In this document: piece after piece, positions 6,114 to 7,592 of the stretch
Numbering within the stretch: position 1 is the stretch's first letter
Layout: every line of letters begins with the position of its first letter
DNA from: Candidatus Iainarchaeum sp.
GTDB lineage: Archaea; Iainarchaeota; Iainarchaeia; Iainarchaeales; CSSED10-239
Assembly: GCA_937968065.1 (NCBI GenBank)
Contig: CALBUD010000069.1
Location: forward strand, 1 to 7,592
Length of the DNA: 7,592 bases
Direction of reading: 5' to 3'
The notes under the pieces: model-generated
Told to the model about the DNA's origin: nothing
What the model saw: the letters and a program-made list of their open reading frames with translations, nothing else
Databases searched by the model: none
Made by a program: the position numbers and the translations under genes

Positions 6114-6127
6114 TTAAATATATAAAA
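6114..6127 (-). promoter_or_regulatory. TATA-like box TTTTATATATTTAA about 25 nt upstream of the glmS ATG (possible internal promoter, leaderless or near-leaderless mRNA)
   Basis: The minus strand reads TGA-TTTTATATATTTAAGAGAATAAGATAAAC-ATG. No clear Shine-Dalgarno sequence is present. The motif is A/T-only, so support is weak. Confidence 0.25.
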
Positions 6128-6754
6128 TCAAGAAAGTTTAATTATCTTTCTATCCTCTGTAAAAAATTTAAAAAATATTGCTATAAAGTTATGTATACTA
6201 TGAGCAATTGTTACAAATAAAAGATTTGGATAAAAAATATAAATCATAGCAAGTAAAAAACCTTCAAGAAAAACAAATAAAAGATCTATTCTTTTAACAC
6301 TATAAATAATATGTATACTCATAAAAAGCAAAGCATTTACAAAAACAACAATTATAGAAGAGGTAAAGATATCAAAAAGTTTTGGTATTAAATACCCTCT
6401 AAAAATAAATTCTTGTATAAAACATAAAGGAATAAAAACAAGAATATGAAACTTTTTTTCAGACCAATAACTAATATAATGTTTTCTTTTTAAAATATGT
6501 TTTGATAAATAATAAATACCAAAAGATACTAAAATTGTAAAAGCAATATATGGAAATATTTGTTGTGTAATATTATCAAATCTTATACCAAGATCTTTTA
6601 AAGTTAAACCTTCAATAAGTACAAAGAACAAAACAAGTAAAAAAATAGAAAATAAAACATGTAATTTATATTTATAAGGAATTATTCTTTTATATAAAAG
6701 AAAAACAGGTAAAATAATTATTAATATTACTTGTAATATAGATATTAACATCAT
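6128..6754 (-). CDS. CPBP-family (CAAX protease / Abi) intramembrane protease homologue
   Basis: The 208-aa polytopic hydrophobic protein has motif 1 as QEFIFRG (canonical EExxxR), motif 2 FMSIH (FxxxH) and motif 3 HSIHN (HxxxN), in the canonical order and spacing. Confidence 0.8.
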   Translation of the reverse strand: MMLISILQVILIIILPVFLLYKRIIPYKYKLHVLFSIFLLVLFFVLIEGLTLKDLGIRFDNITQQIFPYIAFTILVSFGIYYLSKHILKRKHYISYWSEKKFHILVFIPLCFIQEFIFRGYLIPKLFDIFTSSIIVVFVNALLFMSIHIIYSVKRIDLLFVFLEGFLLAMIYIFYPNLLFVTIAHSIHNFIAIFFKFFTEDRKIIKLS

Positions 6755-6792
6755 GTATTATCTTTTATGTTTTTCTTTTAATTAAAATTTTT

Positions 6793-7542
6793 TTATCCAC
6801 ATATAGCAGTATTAGAACTTCCAGTTCCTTCAAAACCAAATCCGGTTCTTGGAGCTGCTGAACTTAAAACTTCATTACATGCTCTTGGTTTTGTTATAAA
6901 TCCATCACATATATTTTTTAACATACTTTGAGGATCTCTTGAAGAAGATACAACAGTTCCATTAATTACAAGTGTAGGCGATCCTTTCACATCATATTTT
7001 TTATTATCTTCATCATGGATTAAAAATAAAGGATATCTTCCACTAAGCCATGTAGTTTTATCTTGATAAGATTCCATAATATTAAACTCTTCATTAGTTT
7101 CTGTAAGACAAGAGTTTAAAGAATCTAAAGAAATTCCTGTTTCTGTAAGACATCTATCAGTATCTCCATCTTCTAAAAAACAATATAAATATTCTTTATA
7201 TTTTTCTTTAGAATCTTCTTGTATACAATATTGAAGTAATTGTTCAGCTAAATTATAAGTATGAATATAAAAATTATTTTCATAAACAGAACTTACTAAT
7301 ACCATATTTTCTAAATCAAATGCTTTTTCAAGAAAACTTTTTGTTTCATTTCCAATATTTGTTGCATTTTCTAAATATTTTTTTTCAGAATCATTAAATT
7401 TATTTCCTGTAAATAAAAAAACAGCAGAAATAACAAGTAAAATTAAAAGAATCCCTGATACTATTTGCCAAGTATAGTTTTCTTTATGTTTTTTAGAAGA
7501 ATGAACATGAGATTCTTCTTTTTTATGTTTTTTAATATTCAT
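6793..7542 (-). CDS. N-terminally membrane-anchored, Cys-rich DsbA-like (thioredoxin-fold) protein lacking a CxxC
   Basis: It has a His/Lys-rich N-terminal tail and one TM helix (WQIVSGILLILLVISAVFLFT). The C-terminal KGSPTLVINGTVV matches the DsbA-family cis-Pro strand (G-T/S-P-T-x-x-I-N-G). The preceding segment (CLTETGISLDSLNSCL...) resembles the DsbA helical insert. There are seven Cys but no CxxC. The fold assignment is tentative. Confidence 0.5.
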   Translation of the reverse strand: MNIKKHKKEESHVHSSKKHKENYTWQIVSGILLILLVISAVFLFTGNKFNDSEKKYLENATNIGNETKSFLEKAFDLENMVLVSSVYENNFYIHTYNLAEQLLQYCIQEDSKEKYKEYLYCFLEDGDTDRCLTETGISLDSLNSCLTETNEEFNIMESYQDKTTWLSGRYPLFLIHDEDNKKYDVKGSPTLVINGTVVSSSRDPQSMLKNICDGFITKPRACNEVLSSAAPRTGFGFEGTGSSNTAICG

Positions 7543-7592
7543 TTTTTTCCATCTCTCTTTAAGTTTATTTTTTAAAAAAAGAAAATTATTCT

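Noticed and set aside
6099-6127. glmS ribozyme upstream of glmS.
   Set aside because: Only 29 nt separate the glmS ATG from the preceding stop codon. This is far too short for the roughly 170-nt ribozyme, and no conserved core is visible.
7219-7228. 10-bp palindrome TTGTATACAA in the DsbA-like CDS, sharing TTGTA/TACAA half-sites with the 4201-4216 palindrome (possible second operator).
   Set aside because: The half-site spacing differs (0 versus 6 nt) and the site is intragenic. By my rough estimate, dozens of 10-bp palindromes are expected by chance at this composition.
1-7592. Scan for CRISPR repeats, IS/transposase ends, integrase genes, tRNA/rRNA, and alternative genetic code.
   Set aside because: There are no spaced direct repeats, no terminal inverted repeats flanking genes and no GC-rich structured islands. 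All nine ORFs are intact under the standard code, with TGA and TAA used as stops.

Overview
Very AT-rich (roughly three-quarters A+T by eye, not counted), densely coding window with nine protein genes and spacers of 2, 2, 37, 23, 6, 100, 29 and 38 nt. It looks like core chromosome of a small-genome prokaryote. I saw no mobile element, CRISPR array, tRNA or rRNA. Plus strand (85-3638): class II lysyl-tRNA synthetase, then a 52-aa CxxC...CxxC zinc-ribbon ORF missing from the supplied ORF track, then a DHH/DHHA1 phosphoesterase, then a protein with a THUMP-like N-terminal half and a divergent SpoU/TrmH-like (SPOUT) C-terminal half. This reads as an RNA/tRNA-centred operon. Minus strand, converging on it: a membrane-anchored, Cys-rich DsbA-like protein with no CxxC, a CPBP (CAAX/Abi) intramembrane protease homologue with a QExxxR variant motif, and glmS. 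After a 100-nt spacer comes an 88-aa ArsR/SmtB-type regulator with a vicinal Cys-Cys, translationally coupled to a CPYC glutaredoxin-like protein. The most interesting items are the ArsR-Grx putative thiol-switch module with a palindrome in its promoter, the unannotated zinc-ribbon gene, the THUMP-SPOUT fusion, and the CxxC-less DsbA-like/CPBP pair. Standard stop usage applies: TGA follows the canonical GlmS C-terminus. Oligo-T/A tracts without GC hairpins, TATA-like boxes about 25 nt upstream of some ATGs, and GGTGA ribosome-binding sites lean towards an archaeal (DPANN-like) origin. A bacterial (CPR-like) origin cannot be excluded from sequence alone. All functional calls rest on motifs I recognised by eye, not on searches.
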